Part shown: positions 28,746-38,159 of the stretch, one piece after another
Position numbering within the stretch: position 1 is the stretch's first letter
Layout of the letters: every line of letters starts with the position of its first letter
DNA from: a virus
Reading direction: 5' to 3' (one strand)
Length of the DNA stretch: 64,000 nucleotides
Virus record (IMG/VR): IMGVR_UViG_3300025674_007777
Location: 1 to 64,000 of that record
Translations under genes and position numbers: made by a program
Notes under the pieces: model-generated
The model's database searches: none
The model's input: only the letters and a program-made list of their open reading frames with translations
What the model was told of the DNA's origin: nothing

Positions 28746-29362
28746 AACGTATTATAGAAATTGTTTTGCTTTTCTTGTCGGTCAATAGATTTAGGATGCT
28801 GTAGACAGTACATATCATTGGTAGGTAACTTAGCTTCAGATGTCTGTCCTATGATGATTTCATGTACCTTGTTTATCCATTTGATGCGATCGACATTTTT
28901 AAGTATTCTGCACTGATAATCTGGAAAATTGATACGATTATCAGCATCCATTCTCCAACCCCATTGCTGTAAATGTTCTGCGCGAATACCATTCACAATA
29001 TTGATTCGTGGTACCCAGTAAACTTCAGTGTCTGGATTTTCCTTGAGTATCCATGGTAAGGTTGCTACAAGATCTGGATCTGGATATTCATCAGCATCTA
29101 TCTGGAATATGTAATCACCTGAACACGCCTCTTTCAATTTATTTTTGAAGTTAGCAAAATGATTCATTAATGGATATTCGGTATGAACAATATCATCACC
29201 ATGTTTTCGAATAATATCATAAACATCTGATGTAGTATTGCCTTCATCATTTTGAACAACTACTTCATCTTCATCACGTTTGTGTTTGATGAGAAATGAA
29301 ACTAGCCGATCAAGTTCCTGAGCTTCGCTGCATACTGTTATGGCATAACTAATCCGCATCAA
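28742..29362 (-). CDS. GT2 family glycosyltransferase
   Basis: ISYAITVCSE, DYIFQIDADE, PDYQ.R, VHE. Confidence 0.88.
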   Translation of the reverse strand: MMRISYAITVCSEAQELDRLVSFLIKHKRDEDEVVVQNDEGNTTSDVYDIIRKHGDDIVHTEYPLMNHFANFKNKLKEACSGDYIFQIDADEYPDPDLVATLPWILKENPDTEVYWVPRINIVNGIRAEHLQQWGWRMDADNRINFPDYQCRILKNVDRIKWINKVHEIIIGQTSEAKLPTNDMYCLQHPKSIDRQEKQNNFYNTL

Positions 29363-29837
29363 CTACCATCTTTTTGTTAACAGTTTCATAGAAAAAATTC
29401 AGAGCAGTCTCAAATTGATTCATTTCAAACTGAGTCGCATTATCCACATCTAATCTAGCTGTAAAATATTCACCCTCTTTACCAGGCACAGGATACTTTT
29501 TACGCTCTTCTCCTATTATTTCCACAACCTCTGCTACTTCATAATGAAATTTATCAGCAGCACCATCTGGATATATCATAGCACCTGGTAATTGCATAAA
29601 TGCAGGATACCAGCATAGACCGACGGCGTCAATTATTCGAGCTTCTTTCATTAATTCAGTTAAACCTGCTTCATATGCCTCTTGAGCATCTGATTCGTGC
29701 ACTAACTGATCTGTGGTTGTATAACCAGTTTCCATACAAATCATAGAAACTACTCCTGTCTGTTCATCTGCTTCTTCTAATACAGTATTATTTCCGGTTA
29801 CCGGAGATATGGCATCATAAGTAATTTTAGGCTTCAT
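29349..29837 (-). CDS. Hypothetical protein
   Basis: ORF embedded in the GT operon. Confidence 0.65.
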   Translation of the reverse strand: MKPKITYDAISPVTGNNTVLEEADEQTGVVSMICMETGYTTTDQLVHESDAQEAYEAGLTELMKEARIIDAVGLCWYPAFMQLPGAMIYPDGAADKFHYEVAEVVEIIGEERKKYPVPGKEGEYFTARLDVDNATQFEMNQFETALNFFYETVNKKMVVDAD

Positions 29838-31158
29838 TTGCTACTTTTTTTAATTTAGGTAATTTAACTTTAGATGTATTTGCCGAATTCACTTTCTTTA
29901 ATTTTGGCAAATTTAATTTCATTTCTTTTGGTACTGATTCCAATGCTTTATCAATACGTTTCACAAATAATTCACTCATATGATCGAATGTGAAATTATT
30001 TAATACATATTCCTGCTGCTTCTTAGCCTGTTTCTGATAAGTTTTATAATTATCAATTACATCAATCAGTACCTGAGCTGCGTATGAATAATTTACTCTG
30101 AACCATTCAGACTCTTTCAGTAACCAATTGTTAGCAGCTGATGAATCTACCTTCATAAGTTCGCCTGGTAACAATACTGCATGTTTGAGAAAATCGACAT
30201 GTCCGGACCAGTTAGATGCGATGACAGGCTTGCCAATTGCAGAAAATTCTAATAATGGGCGACCAAAACCTTCTCCATGCGTAAATGATACCATGGCTTT
30301 CACTCTTGGATGATTGTATAGATCATTCATTTCTTCATCAGTAAGATCTCCATGCAACAAATAAATGTTAGGTGCTTTGTTACCATATGGAGCTATTATC
30401 TGCTGTATCTTCTTTTGTATTTGATCTCGATCTATGATAGAAAATTTAGCAGATGATGTTTTCAATATCAGGCCTGGACGTTTACTGCTCGGTTTACGTT
30501 TGAAAGCTTCACAGAATGTTTTGATCATCATACCTATATCTTTTCTGTCATGGCCAATGTTCCCATTCAGCCAATGTCCCACAAATAGATAACAAAAATC
30601 ATCTTTTATATCTGATAATTCAGACTTTATTTCTGGTCCGATCTGTGACGTTTTATTGAATATATGAGTCCTAAGACCTTCAAATAATACTTCACATGGT
30701 TTTTCCATCTTGATTTCGCCTATCTTTTGTCTAGTTTTCTCATCATGCTTATTAAAAACAGAAGATTCAATTGATTGTTTAGAATGTTCTGATGTTGTTA
30801 TGATAAGATCCATGCGATTGCACCCTTCTAACTGCTCGCCTGGAATGATAGTTGTTTCAAAACCTGCTGTAACTCCAATGCTATATTTACCCATCGGCTG
30901 AAACTCACTCGGTATTGATACTTGTATGAAAATATCTGGCTTTCTAGTTATGTTACCTTTTGCAAAACGCTTCAATATTTCTGAATGCTCTGGATCATTC
31001 GGATCTAATGCATTCATTGGAGTACTGCCCCATGGTAATGATATCAATTCAATATCATACCGGTCTTCTTTAATTAATGATAATACCAATTCTCTGGTAT
31101 GGGCGCCGTATCCAGATCTGGTGGCTACCGGTCCTTGTATAACAATATATGGTCTCAT
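29827..31158 (-). CDS. GT4 (GT-B) glycosyltransferase
   Basis: RSGYG, RKDIG, HGEGFGRPLLE, PVIASNWSGHVDF. Confidence 0.88.
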   Translation of the reverse strand: MRPYIVIQGPVATRSGYGAHTRELVLSLIKEDRYDIELISLPWGSTPMNALDPNDPEHSEILKRFAKGNITRKPDIFIQVSIPSEFQPMGKYSIGVTAGFETTIIPGEQLEGCNRMDLIITTSEHSKQSIESSVFNKHDEKTRQKIGEIKMEKPCEVLFEGLRTHIFNKTSQIGPEIKSELSDIKDDFCYLFVGHWLNGNIGHDRKDIGMMIKTFCEAFKRKPSSKRPGLILKTSSAKFSIIDRDQIQKKIQQIIAPYGNKAPNIYLLHGDLTDEEMNDLYNHPRVKAMVSFTHGEGFGRPLLEFSAIGKPVIASNWSGHVDFLKHAVLLPGELMKVDSSAANNWLLKESEWFRVNYSYAAQVLIDVIDNYKTYQKQAKKQQEYVLNNFTFDHMSELFVKRIDKALESVPKEMKLNLPKLKKVNSANTSKVKLPKLKKVANEA

Positions 31159-32621
31159 TTTAATACTATTCCTGTGTTTTGAATTTTTTCTTGCTGATTA
31201 ATCTTATATAATGTAAAGCGTTTACGTGGCTTCCATGATTTTAGACATTCATCAATGCATTCAGACATTGCCTGGCACATCTTCCTAGATGACATTTTGG
31301 ATTCATCACCAAGAACCCATTCTCTACCTGCCTGACCCGCTTCTGCTCTGAATTCTGGTGACATATCATACCAATACCGGATTGCTTTCGCTACATCTTG
31401 GAAATCGGCTCTGTCGTCAAAGATATATGGTGTTTGTGGAGATCCTTGCAATGAACGATTTGACGGAAATACTGGTCGTGCCCATATACCATGTTGTTCG
31501 TATCGACCAATATGATTGCTTGAAAATTCAGTATCAAACTCTATCCAATTTCCTTCTTCATCTTCAAATCTACAACCATCTTGCAATCCACCAGTCACAT
31601 TATTGATAATAGGAGTACCGGTATGTAATGATTCACACCACGAAATACCAAAACCTTCATTACTAGCAATATTAATCGTAACATCTGAAATATTATACAA
31701 ATAGTTCAAATGCCGAGTATCGACTCTATCTGTAGAAAACATTACATTATAATCTGGGCATATAGCTTCTTTGACAGCATAAAGATCAGTACCATTACCA
31801 TCTACCGGTGATGTATGCATTAATAAACAAGTTTTGCGTGCTTTCTCTTTGGGTAAACCATCACAGAATGTTTTATATGCTAAAATTACATCACCCGGTT
31901 GCTTACGTCGTATGTTTCTATTGTTCCAAAATAAAATGAAATCAAAATTATTGTTACCAGCAAATCCAGTTTTAAATTGTTGGAAATCTTCCCATTCAGG
32001 ATGCAGTTCATCTATCTTGTAAAATTGTGTCTCATTAACACCATGAGGTACCCACTGTACGGCCCAATCTGGTTTAGGATGTTTCCGTATCACGTTCTTA
32101 ACAAGATTTTGTGTCTGCCGTGAAATGTTCATTAGTAGATCACAACTTTCATAATATGATTCATTCCAATGAGGATATGGAACATCATCCCAGATGTTAT
32201 AATACATGATCGGAACCTGTTGCCTGATTTCATGTTCTATATCATACAACCAAGTCCAGTATCTAGGATCAGTGAAATGGAGAATGGCATCAGGCTTTTC
32301 CAAGTCAATAATTTCCTTCAATGCTGATTCATTACCATAACCAGAAAATGGATAGAATCGCAGATAAGCATCATGTACTCCTGTCTGCTGTGCTACATCG
32401 TCTGATGCATCCATCACTTTACCATGATCTGGATGTTTCACTGCGGCTGCTAATTGTACCCAATCATACTTATCAATTGTACCCATCACAAATTCGCGTG
32501 ACATTACACCGATACCTGAAGGCATTCGGAGGTCATCTGACATTAATAAGATCTTTGGTTTTTTTCTTTTTGGCTTAGAAGGGTCTATCTTTCTAAGCTT
32601 TGGTAACTTTATTTGACTCAT
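31155..32621 (-). CDS. GT4 (GT-B) glycosyltransferase
   Basis: KILLMSDD, PHGV, NRNIRRKQP, SNEGFGISWCES. Confidence 0.88.
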   Translation of the reverse strand: MSQIKLPKLRKIDPSKPKRKKPKILLMSDDLRMPSGIGVMSREFVMGTIDKYDWVQLAAAVKHPDHGKVMDASDDVAQQTGVHDAYLRFYPFSGYGNESALKEIIDLEKPDAILHFTDPRYWTWLYDIEHEIRQQVPIMYYNIWDDVPYPHWNESYYESCDLLMNISRQTQNLVKNVIRKHPKPDWAVQWVPHGVNETQFYKIDELHPEWEDFQQFKTGFAGNNNFDFILFWNNRNIRRKQPGDVILAYKTFCDGLPKEKARKTCLLMHTSPVDGNGTDLYAVKEAICPDYNVMFSTDRVDTRHLNYLYNISDVTINIASNEGFGISWCESLHTGTPIINNVTGGLQDGCRFEDEEGNWIEFDTEFSSNHIGRYEQHGIWARPVFPSNRSLQGSPQTPYIFDDRADFQDVAKAIRYWYDMSPEFRAEAGQAGREWVLGDESKMSSRKMCQAMSECIDECLKSWKPRKRFTLYKINQQEKIQNTGIVLK

Positions 32622-32636
32622 ATATATAACCTTTAA

Positions 32637-32645
32637 TATAAATAT
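32637..32645 (-). promoter_or_regulatory. Putative late-promoter motif ATATTTATA heading the glycan operon
   Basis: 15 nt upstream of the ATG at 32621. Confidence 0.5.
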
Positions 32646-32843
32646 TTATTGTTCTGCTTTTGATTTTTTCATATTGAAAATAAATTTGTCAATTGGCCAG
32701 AAAATTAATGCCCCTACAAATTGAAAACCGATTACGGTTGCCCAATGTGGCCAATGAAAAACATCTTGAAATAAATACATGCACGGCAATGATACTATGA
32801 TACCAAGTTGCCATTTCAAATGATATGTTAAATACTGTTTCAT
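32646..32843 (-). CDS. Small two-TM protein, GtrA-like half module
   Basis: Two hydrophobic helices, QFVGALIFWPIDKFIF. Confidence 0.5.
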   Translation of the reverse strand: MKQYLTYHLKWQLGIIVSLPCMYLFQDVFHWPHWATVIGFQFVGALIFWPIDKFIFNMKKSKAEQ

Positions 32844-33241
32844 GATATAATTGTAACTGGTTTATCTAATTTCTTTGCTGCTTTGATTGCTGAGGCACAT
32901 CCGTTAACAGATTCGCCTTGTTGCACAAACACCATCATCACGTCACAAGACTTTGCAATGAGCCCATTACGGTGATGAAACTGAGATACATGATACTTAC
33001 GGCCATAATATCCTTCAGACATTCCTGAATACAAATTATGCGGCGTATGTGCTGGATTGTACTCTTTGTAATCAATACCAAATTCAATTGCATATTTTTT
33101 GATCATGGCATCAGCTCCGTGACGACCTCCTCCGGATATGATAAGCAGATCATCAAGAAACTTATTGCGCAAAGCTGTTAACGTTTCTTTGATCTTTCTG
33201 CTGTTCTGATAATGCTTACTGCCGATCATTGCAACTTTCAT
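32840..33241 (-). CDS. SLOG family (DUF2493/YspA-like) protein
   Basis: MKVAMIGS, ISGG..GAD, RNGLI...CD, G....I..A. Confidence 0.75.
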   Translation of the reverse strand: MKVAMIGSKHYQNSRKIKETLTALRNKFLDDLLIISGGGRHGADAMIKKYAIEFGIDYKEYNPAHTPHNLYSGMSEGYYGRKYHVSQFHHRNGLIAKSCDVMMVFVQQGESVNGCASAIKAAKKLDKPVTIIS

Positions 33242-34167
33242 TCTCGTATACGATTTGCTTTAGGACATAATTCTTCAGTATTGAATTGACAATACTTGCA
33301 GTTCTTCAATGCTTTACCACCAACTGCCGGATAATTCTTATTTGTATTGTAACTACCATCTGGCTGGAAGCTGTTATTCACAAAATTATTCACATCTCTG
33401 GTCAAACGATTCCTGGTCACTGTACCACTTGCCGGAACAAATTCTGTGATTCGTTTCTGCGGAAACATTGCTCCTTCAATAAGCTTACGCTTCAATATCA
33501 TGTAACTGATATTGATCTTCTCAGGATCGAACCCATATTGATCAGCAAAATACTTCTTATACAATACTAACTGAGATGCTTTCAGTTTATCTGCTTTCTG
33601 ATACTTGTTCCATCCATGTGTCGATGTCTTGAAATCAATGATTGTTATTTCATTGCTATTCTTATGACGAATAACAAGATCTATGAATCCTAACATCTTC
33701 ACCGGAGATGATTCATTTACCGGATGATATATCGGAACCTCTATACCTAACAATTCATCTGACTTAGTACTGAAATATCCTCCTCGCTTTCTTTTGAACC
33801 AATCTATGATGGCAACCCCGTCTTCATAGAACTCCTGCAGCTCGAACTTGTTAGAGAAATGTTCACCCATTTCTTCAACAGCTTCTTTATAAAGATTGTA
33901 CATCTTATCTTTGAGCATGCCAGGCAGATCCATTTGATTGGCTGCCTTCACAGTTTTATTGAACATTGTGTCAAGATATTCCTGTAACACTTCATGCATA
34001 GCCGTACCAAATATGGTATGTATGGACTGCTGAAATGTTCTTAATTTTTTCACATATGCCAACTCCCATTGCTTGGGACATTTGCTATACATGGCATATT
34101 GTGAATATGATATCTTTGCAACGCCAGACTCTGGCTCTTTGTAATTGTACTTCAATAACTTATGCAT
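33238..34167 (-). CDS. PD-(D/E)XK (Cas4/AddB-like) exonuclease
   Basis: ISYSQ...CP, FGTAMHEVL, GFIDL, IIDFKT, QLVLY, CKYC...C. Confidence 0.85.
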   Translation of the reverse strand: MHKLLKYNYKEPESGVAKISYSQYAMYSKCPKQWELAYVKKLRTFQQSIHTIFGTAMHEVLQEYLDTMFNKTVKAANQMDLPGMLKDKMYNLYKEAVEEMGEHFSNKFELQEFYEDGVAIIDWFKRKRGGYFSTKSDELLGIEVPIYHPVNESSPVKMLGFIDLVIRHKNSNEITIIDFKTSTHGWNKYQKADKLKASQLVLYKKYFADQYGFDPEKINISYMILKRKLIEGAMFPQKRITEFVPASGTVTRNRLTRDVNNFVNNSFQPDGSYNTNKNYPAVGGKALKNCKYCQFNTEELCPKANRIRE

Positions 34168-34172
34168 ATACC

Positions 34173-34204
34173 TTAATATAAGGAAATATTCTAACGATTC
34201 CTAA
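34173..34204 (-). promoter_or_regulatory. Bacteroidota-type sigma-A promoter
   Basis: TTAG-N20-TATATTAA, 5 nt upstream of the ATG at 34167. Confidence 0.6.
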
Positions 34205-34637
34205 TCATTGACTTGATTTCTTTATCTGATTTACCATATTTTTTCAAGATGTCAGATAAAGTGTCAGGGCATTGTTTTGTCATGATATCAACATATGCCG
34301 TGACTTCAGATTTGGATAGTTGAAAGTGTTCTGATAACAATTTTATCAGATCGTTATTATATTTGGCAGCTTTTTTGCCTTTTATATATTTGAACCTAAA
34401 TCGTTGTTTCGGCAACAGATCTAGATACAGTTTATATACTTCTCGAACTGATAATGGGCCTATTGTGTATTGTTGAAATGCATCTACATATTCTATCAGA
34501 TCTTCGTTCATGCTCAACCATCGATTGATCAGATATGGTGAAAATGATTTACGATCTGCTTCCGATAATGATTCCCAAGGTGTTTTCTTATATGTGATAC
34601 CAGCTAGGTGATCAAATATAGTAGCTGCTTTCGCCAT
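34191..34637 (-). CDS. Clamp loader small subunit (T4 gp62-like)
   Basis: FSPYLINRWLS, LPK...F.KYIK; adjacent to the gp44-like gene. Confidence 0.7.
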   Translation of the reverse strand: MAKAATIFDHLAGITYKKTPWESLSEADRKSFSPYLINRWLSMNEDLIEYVDAFQQYTIGPLSVREVYKLYLDLLPKQRFRFKYIKGKKAAKYNNDLIKLLSEHFQLSKSEVTAYVDIMTKQCPDTLSDILKKYGKSDKEIKSMIRNR

Positions 34638-34874
34638 TTACTTGATTAAGAATTCCTCATTGATATGACCACAATCTGAGCATCGGAATGATGGTACAGG
34701 TGCAATCTGTTCTTTACCTGTAGGTGATAGCAATGCTGATACTCGTTTGAATGCATGTACCTGATTGAAATATCGGCATCCGCAGTTTTCACAAACAATG
34801 TCTGTCATATCTTCTAATTTCAATCCCATGGATTGACCTGCGTTATCATTTGGCATATTAACTGTTTTACTCAT
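34638..34874 (-). CDS. Zinc-ribbon protein
   Basis: CENCG...CSDCGH. Confidence 0.7.
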   Translation of the reverse strand: MSKTVNMPNDNAGQSMGLKLEDMTDIVCENCGCRYFNQVHAFKRVSALLSPTGKEQIAPVPSFRCSDCGHINEEFLIK

Positions 34875-34879
34875 AACTT

Positions 34880-35809
34880 CTATTTTATTTCATTTAACAA
34901 TTTGATTAACATTGCCATGACATGAAGTTCCTTGTCAACAGCAAATGTGTCTTGATACTGTGCTTCTGCCAATATAAGAATGGCTGCGGCAATACTACCT
35001 TCCGCATAAGTATCTAGTTCATCAAATAAATATCTGTACAAGGCCGTAAAGTCCTTCACTTTGCTATCATTGATCAATTGACGCGCATCTCTGAATGCAG
35101 TTTTCTTATCAGATGGGCCTTTCAAGATCTCCAATAATTTAGTCATGTAATTTGCTTGAACTAAACTGTTATCATCTATCACTAACTGATTATCAACAAT
35201 CTGACTTTGACATGAATTCAATATGCGTCTGATGTCTGGATATCCCGAATTGATAACTGTAACTAGATCCTGATTGTCGTACTTAATACCACGTTCATTC
35301 AAAATGTTCACAATACGCTTAGCTACCTCCTTTCTATTAGGCGGTTCAATAGCAAATGCCTGGCATCTGGACTGTATAGGATCGATGATCTTTTCAACAT
35401 AGTTACATGTCAATATGAACCTACATGTCTTTGAGAAGGTCTCCATTAGATTACGAAGTGCTGCCTGACCATTAGGAGTCATGTAATCGGCCTCATCTAA
35501 TATCACAATCTTCCAACGACGAAATCCTACTGTACTTGCAAAGTTCTTGATCTTAGTTCTGACAGTTTCAATGTTGTTTTCATCCGATGCATTGATATAC
35601 ATTACATCTGAATCAACTCCTTTTGCTATAATCTTTGCTAATGTAGTTTTACCTGTCCCTGCTTGCCCGTAGAATAACAGATGCGGAACATCTCCTGATT
35701 CCAGATAAACTTTCACTTTGCTGACAACATGTTCATTGCCAACATAACCATCTAACGTGTCGGGCCGAAACGCTTCAACCCATAGTGTATTCTCCTGATT
35801 TCCGAACAT
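34880..35809 (-). CDS. Clamp loader large subunit (RFC/gp44-like AAA+)
   Basis: WVEAFRP, GQAGTGKT, INASD, LDEAD, SRC. Confidence 0.95.
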   Translation of the reverse strand: MFGNQENTLWVEAFRPDTLDGYVGNEHVVSKVKVYLESGDVPHLLFYGQAGTGKTTLAKIIAKGVDSDVMYINASDENNIETVRTKIKNFASTVGFRRWKIVILDEADYMTPNGQAALRNLMETFSKTCRFILTCNYVEKIIDPIQSRCQAFAIEPPNRKEVAKRIVNILNERGIKYDNQDLVTVINSGYPDIRRILNSCQSQIVDNQLVIDDNSLVQANYMTKLLEILKGPSDKKTAFRDARQLINDSKVKDFTALYRYLFDELDTYAEGSIAAAILILAEAQYQDTFAVDKELHVMAMLIKLLNEIK

Positions 35810-35815
35810 ATAAAC

Positions 35816-36253
35816 CTATTTTCCAGTTGAACCAAACCCTTCTTCTCCTCGCTCTGAACTTGATAGATTTTCCACCTCTAAAAGTTCGATATAAGGGATT
35901 GGCATAATAACTAATTGACCTACTCTGTCGCCATCTGCATATCGCTTCAATGATGGCCAATGAGCTTCTTCTTTGAATTTGAATCTCAATTTGATTTCAC
36001 CTCTGTAACCTGAATCTATCACACCTACTGAATTTGCTAACATCAGATCCTTTTTGGAATTTGATGATCTAGGAAATATCAATCCTACATGACCTTCTGG
36101 AATCTCAATGGCAATACCTGTATGATATTCTGCAAAGTGATGGCGTGTATCAATCTTATGCGTTACTGCAAACAGATCCATACCTGCATCGCCAGGATTT
36201 GCATATGAAGGCACTTTAGCTTTTGGTGTCAATTTTTTGAACTTGACCTGCAT
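35816..36253 (-). CDS. dut: Trimeric dUTPase
   Basis: AGMDL, PRSS, GVIDSGYRGE, GQL, RGEEGFGSTG. Confidence 0.95.
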   Translation of the reverse strand: MQVKFKKLTPKAKVPSYANPGDAGMDLFAVTHKIDTRHHFAEYHTGIAIEIPEGHVGLIFPRSSNSKKDLMLANSVGVIDSGYRGEIKLRFKFKEEAHWPSLKRYADGDRVGQLVIMPIPYIELLEVENLSSSERGEEGFGSTGK

Positions 36254-36969
36254 TAGCTTACTTGTAATTGGACTAGGAAATATGTACACTCATAATCAGA
36301 TCCGGTGAATGTGGCACGAGCCAATCCTGCGGCAGACACTTCCAACTTAGCCTGAGTTGCATCTTTGTTAGCCATCATCATTTCTTTTAGCAACGAAGCT
36401 GAAAAGCATGTCATGCCCATATCAGTAGCATCATCGGCATCGATATTGAATTTGATTCTATTGTTATTGATAGTGGAATAATTGATAACTAACTCTGCCG
36501 TACCGGCACTGACATGCACTCCAAAGTTATCTGCATCCGGAATAGCATTCTTTGCCTTAATAAACTTGTTACGAAAATCATCTGTGATAGGAATAGTCAC
36601 ATTCCAATCAGGCATATTCTTCAGTTCTGGAACCTGACGGATGATGCTAAGATCTGCCAACATGAATGTCATGTTAACTTCTCCATCTGAGATAGCTAAA
36701 CTGACAGCCTTGTCTCCAACCTTGTTCACATCAATGTCCACATCATCTGATACGGCTGATAACATTTTTGTTAGTAATGGAGTAGCATAAACTCCTAATT
36801 CAGATGTACCTAAATTAATGGAATCGCTTGTCAATGTTCCTATCACATTCTGATCATCTGATATGAACTCAATAGTACAACCGTTATCTGATGTTTTCCA
36901 TTTCACAGAATTCACTGCTCCATTCAGATAATAACGATTGATAAAACTTAATAATTCTGTTTTCTTCAT
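36253..36969 (-). CDS. DNA polymerase sliding clamp (gp45/PCNA-like)
   Basis: 238 aa, LADLSII motif, position next to the clamp loader. Confidence 0.75.
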   Translation of the reverse strand: MKKTELLSFINRYYLNGAVNSVKWKTSDNGCTIEFISDDQNVIGTLTSDSINLGTSELGVYATPLLTKMLSAVSDDVDIDVNKVGDKAVSLAISDGEVNMTFMLADLSIIRQVPELKNMPDWNVTIPITDDFRNKFIKAKNAIPDADNFGVHVSAGTAELVINYSTINNNRIKFNIDADDATDMGMTCFSASLLKEMMMANKDATQAKLEVSAAGLARATFTGSDYECTYFLVQLQVS

Positions 36970-36971
36970 AA

Positions 36972-38159
36972 TTATGTAACGTTAAAAAAATGGTTTAATA
37001 CACTGTCGTTTGATATTTCTTGCGTCGAACTGTATTTCTTATATAAAGGCAGCGACTTCTCATAGATTTCATATGCCTTATCTGGATGCGCAAACATCTC
37101 TCTCATTGATGTCATTGCTCGATAAAATTCATTAGGGAGCATCAAACTTACTAATTCATCATGACACTTCACAAGTTCTGTAACCTGACGAACTGTTTCA
37201 TTGTAAACAATCAGATTGTTTATGGTCATCTTATTCATACACGGAGCATCATACTTGGCCACATCTCCAAATGTAAATCCTTCTGCTACCGGATGGCCAT
37301 ATGGATTAGGAACCGGATCTGTCTCTTTGTATGGCAATGCATCACCTTTTGGAAAATGAAGTTGATTGAACACCATCTTACCTAATTGCGGCGAATGCAG
37401 ATAAATACCATAAACAGGATACTGTCCGGGAGAACTTGAGTCAGTTGATATCTGAATTCTACCTCCGTAATATTCGTTTATCATTTTCTGAAAGTATGCC
37501 AATATGAAGAAGTCAGATACTTTGGAAATACCCAGGATGTGAATGTAACGATTTCGTTCCTTATCAAACTCTCCGTTCTGTAACATCACTGCAATGGCTT
37601 GCATTAGCAACACAAGACCACTTTGAGTACCTCCGATACACCAACCATTGAAATCAAAATCAGCTACCTTCTTATACCAATACTCATACTCTGCCAAATT
37701 GTTACCTTGAATTACATTCAGAAAATCACACTTACCGGATTGGTTATCTGCAAAATATTTGAAGTTCTCATAACTGATGTCTAAACATTCATAGAACTTA
37801 CCCTCATACTTCACTCTTGGCGGAATATCAAGATTAACTCCAATATCACAGTTATTCTCTAACCAATGAAATATAGTTTCTTTGAACTCTGGTTTCCATT
37901 TGATTGCGCCAGTAGCCAATTGGAATCCTCCAGAGTCTCCCATAACTTTCACATTATCACCTAACCCATACTCTTTTCGAGACTCAGGCTTCTTGTAATG
38001 ATGACCTGCTGTGATCAGAAAATATTCATGACGCCATGGTTCTGGAAATTCCGGAGAATAGAATCTAGCTGGAATGCCAGGTGCCACCTCTTTGTCTTTC
38101 TTCAACCAGCTGGCAAAACCTCCTGATGACAGTGATGGATAATATACTAACTCTTTCAT
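36972..38159 (-). CDS. dpdA: TGT-superfamily DNA 7-deazaguanine transglycosylase (DpdA, DpdA2-like)
   Basis: DSGGFQ, LDIPP, NVIQG, GWCIGG, HILG, STDSSS; no Tgt CxCxxC zinc site; linked to folE/queD/queE. Confidence 0.82.
   Translation of the reverse strand: MKELVYYPSLSSGGFASWLKKDKEVAPGIPARFYSPEFPEPWRHEYFLITAGHHYKKPESRKEYGLGDNVKVMGDSGGFQLATGAIKWKPEFKETIFHWLENNCDIGVNLDIPPRVKYEGKFYECLDISYENFKYFADNQSGKCDFLNVIQGNNLAEYEYWYKKVADFDFNGWCIGGTQSGLVLLMQAIAVMLQNGEFDKERNRYIHILGISKVSDFFILAYFQKMINEYYGGRIQISTDSSSPGQYPVYGIYLHSPQLGKMVFNQLHFPKGDALPYKETDPVPNPYGHPVAEGFTFGDVAKYDAPCMNKMTINNLIVYNETVRQVTELVKCHDELVSLMLPNEFYRAMTSMREMFAHPDKAYEIYEKSLPLYKKYSSTQEISNDSVLNHFFNVT

Noticed and set aside
16776-32621. Bacterial capsule/O-antigen locus, i.e. 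host chromosome or chimeric contig
   Set aside because: No Wzx/Wzy/Wza or ABC export genes; genes are coupled to phage-type neighbours and headed by the same motif as the structural genes
33238-34167. Cas4-like nuclease suggesting a CRISPR-Cas locus
   Set aside because: No repeat-spacer array or other cas genes were seen; such exonucleases are common in phage replication modules
36972-38159. tRNA-guanine transglycosylase (queuosine tRNA modification)
   Set aside because: It lacks the Tgt zinc-binding motif, no queA/queF/queG is present, and it sits among replisome genes; DNA-acting DpdA fits better
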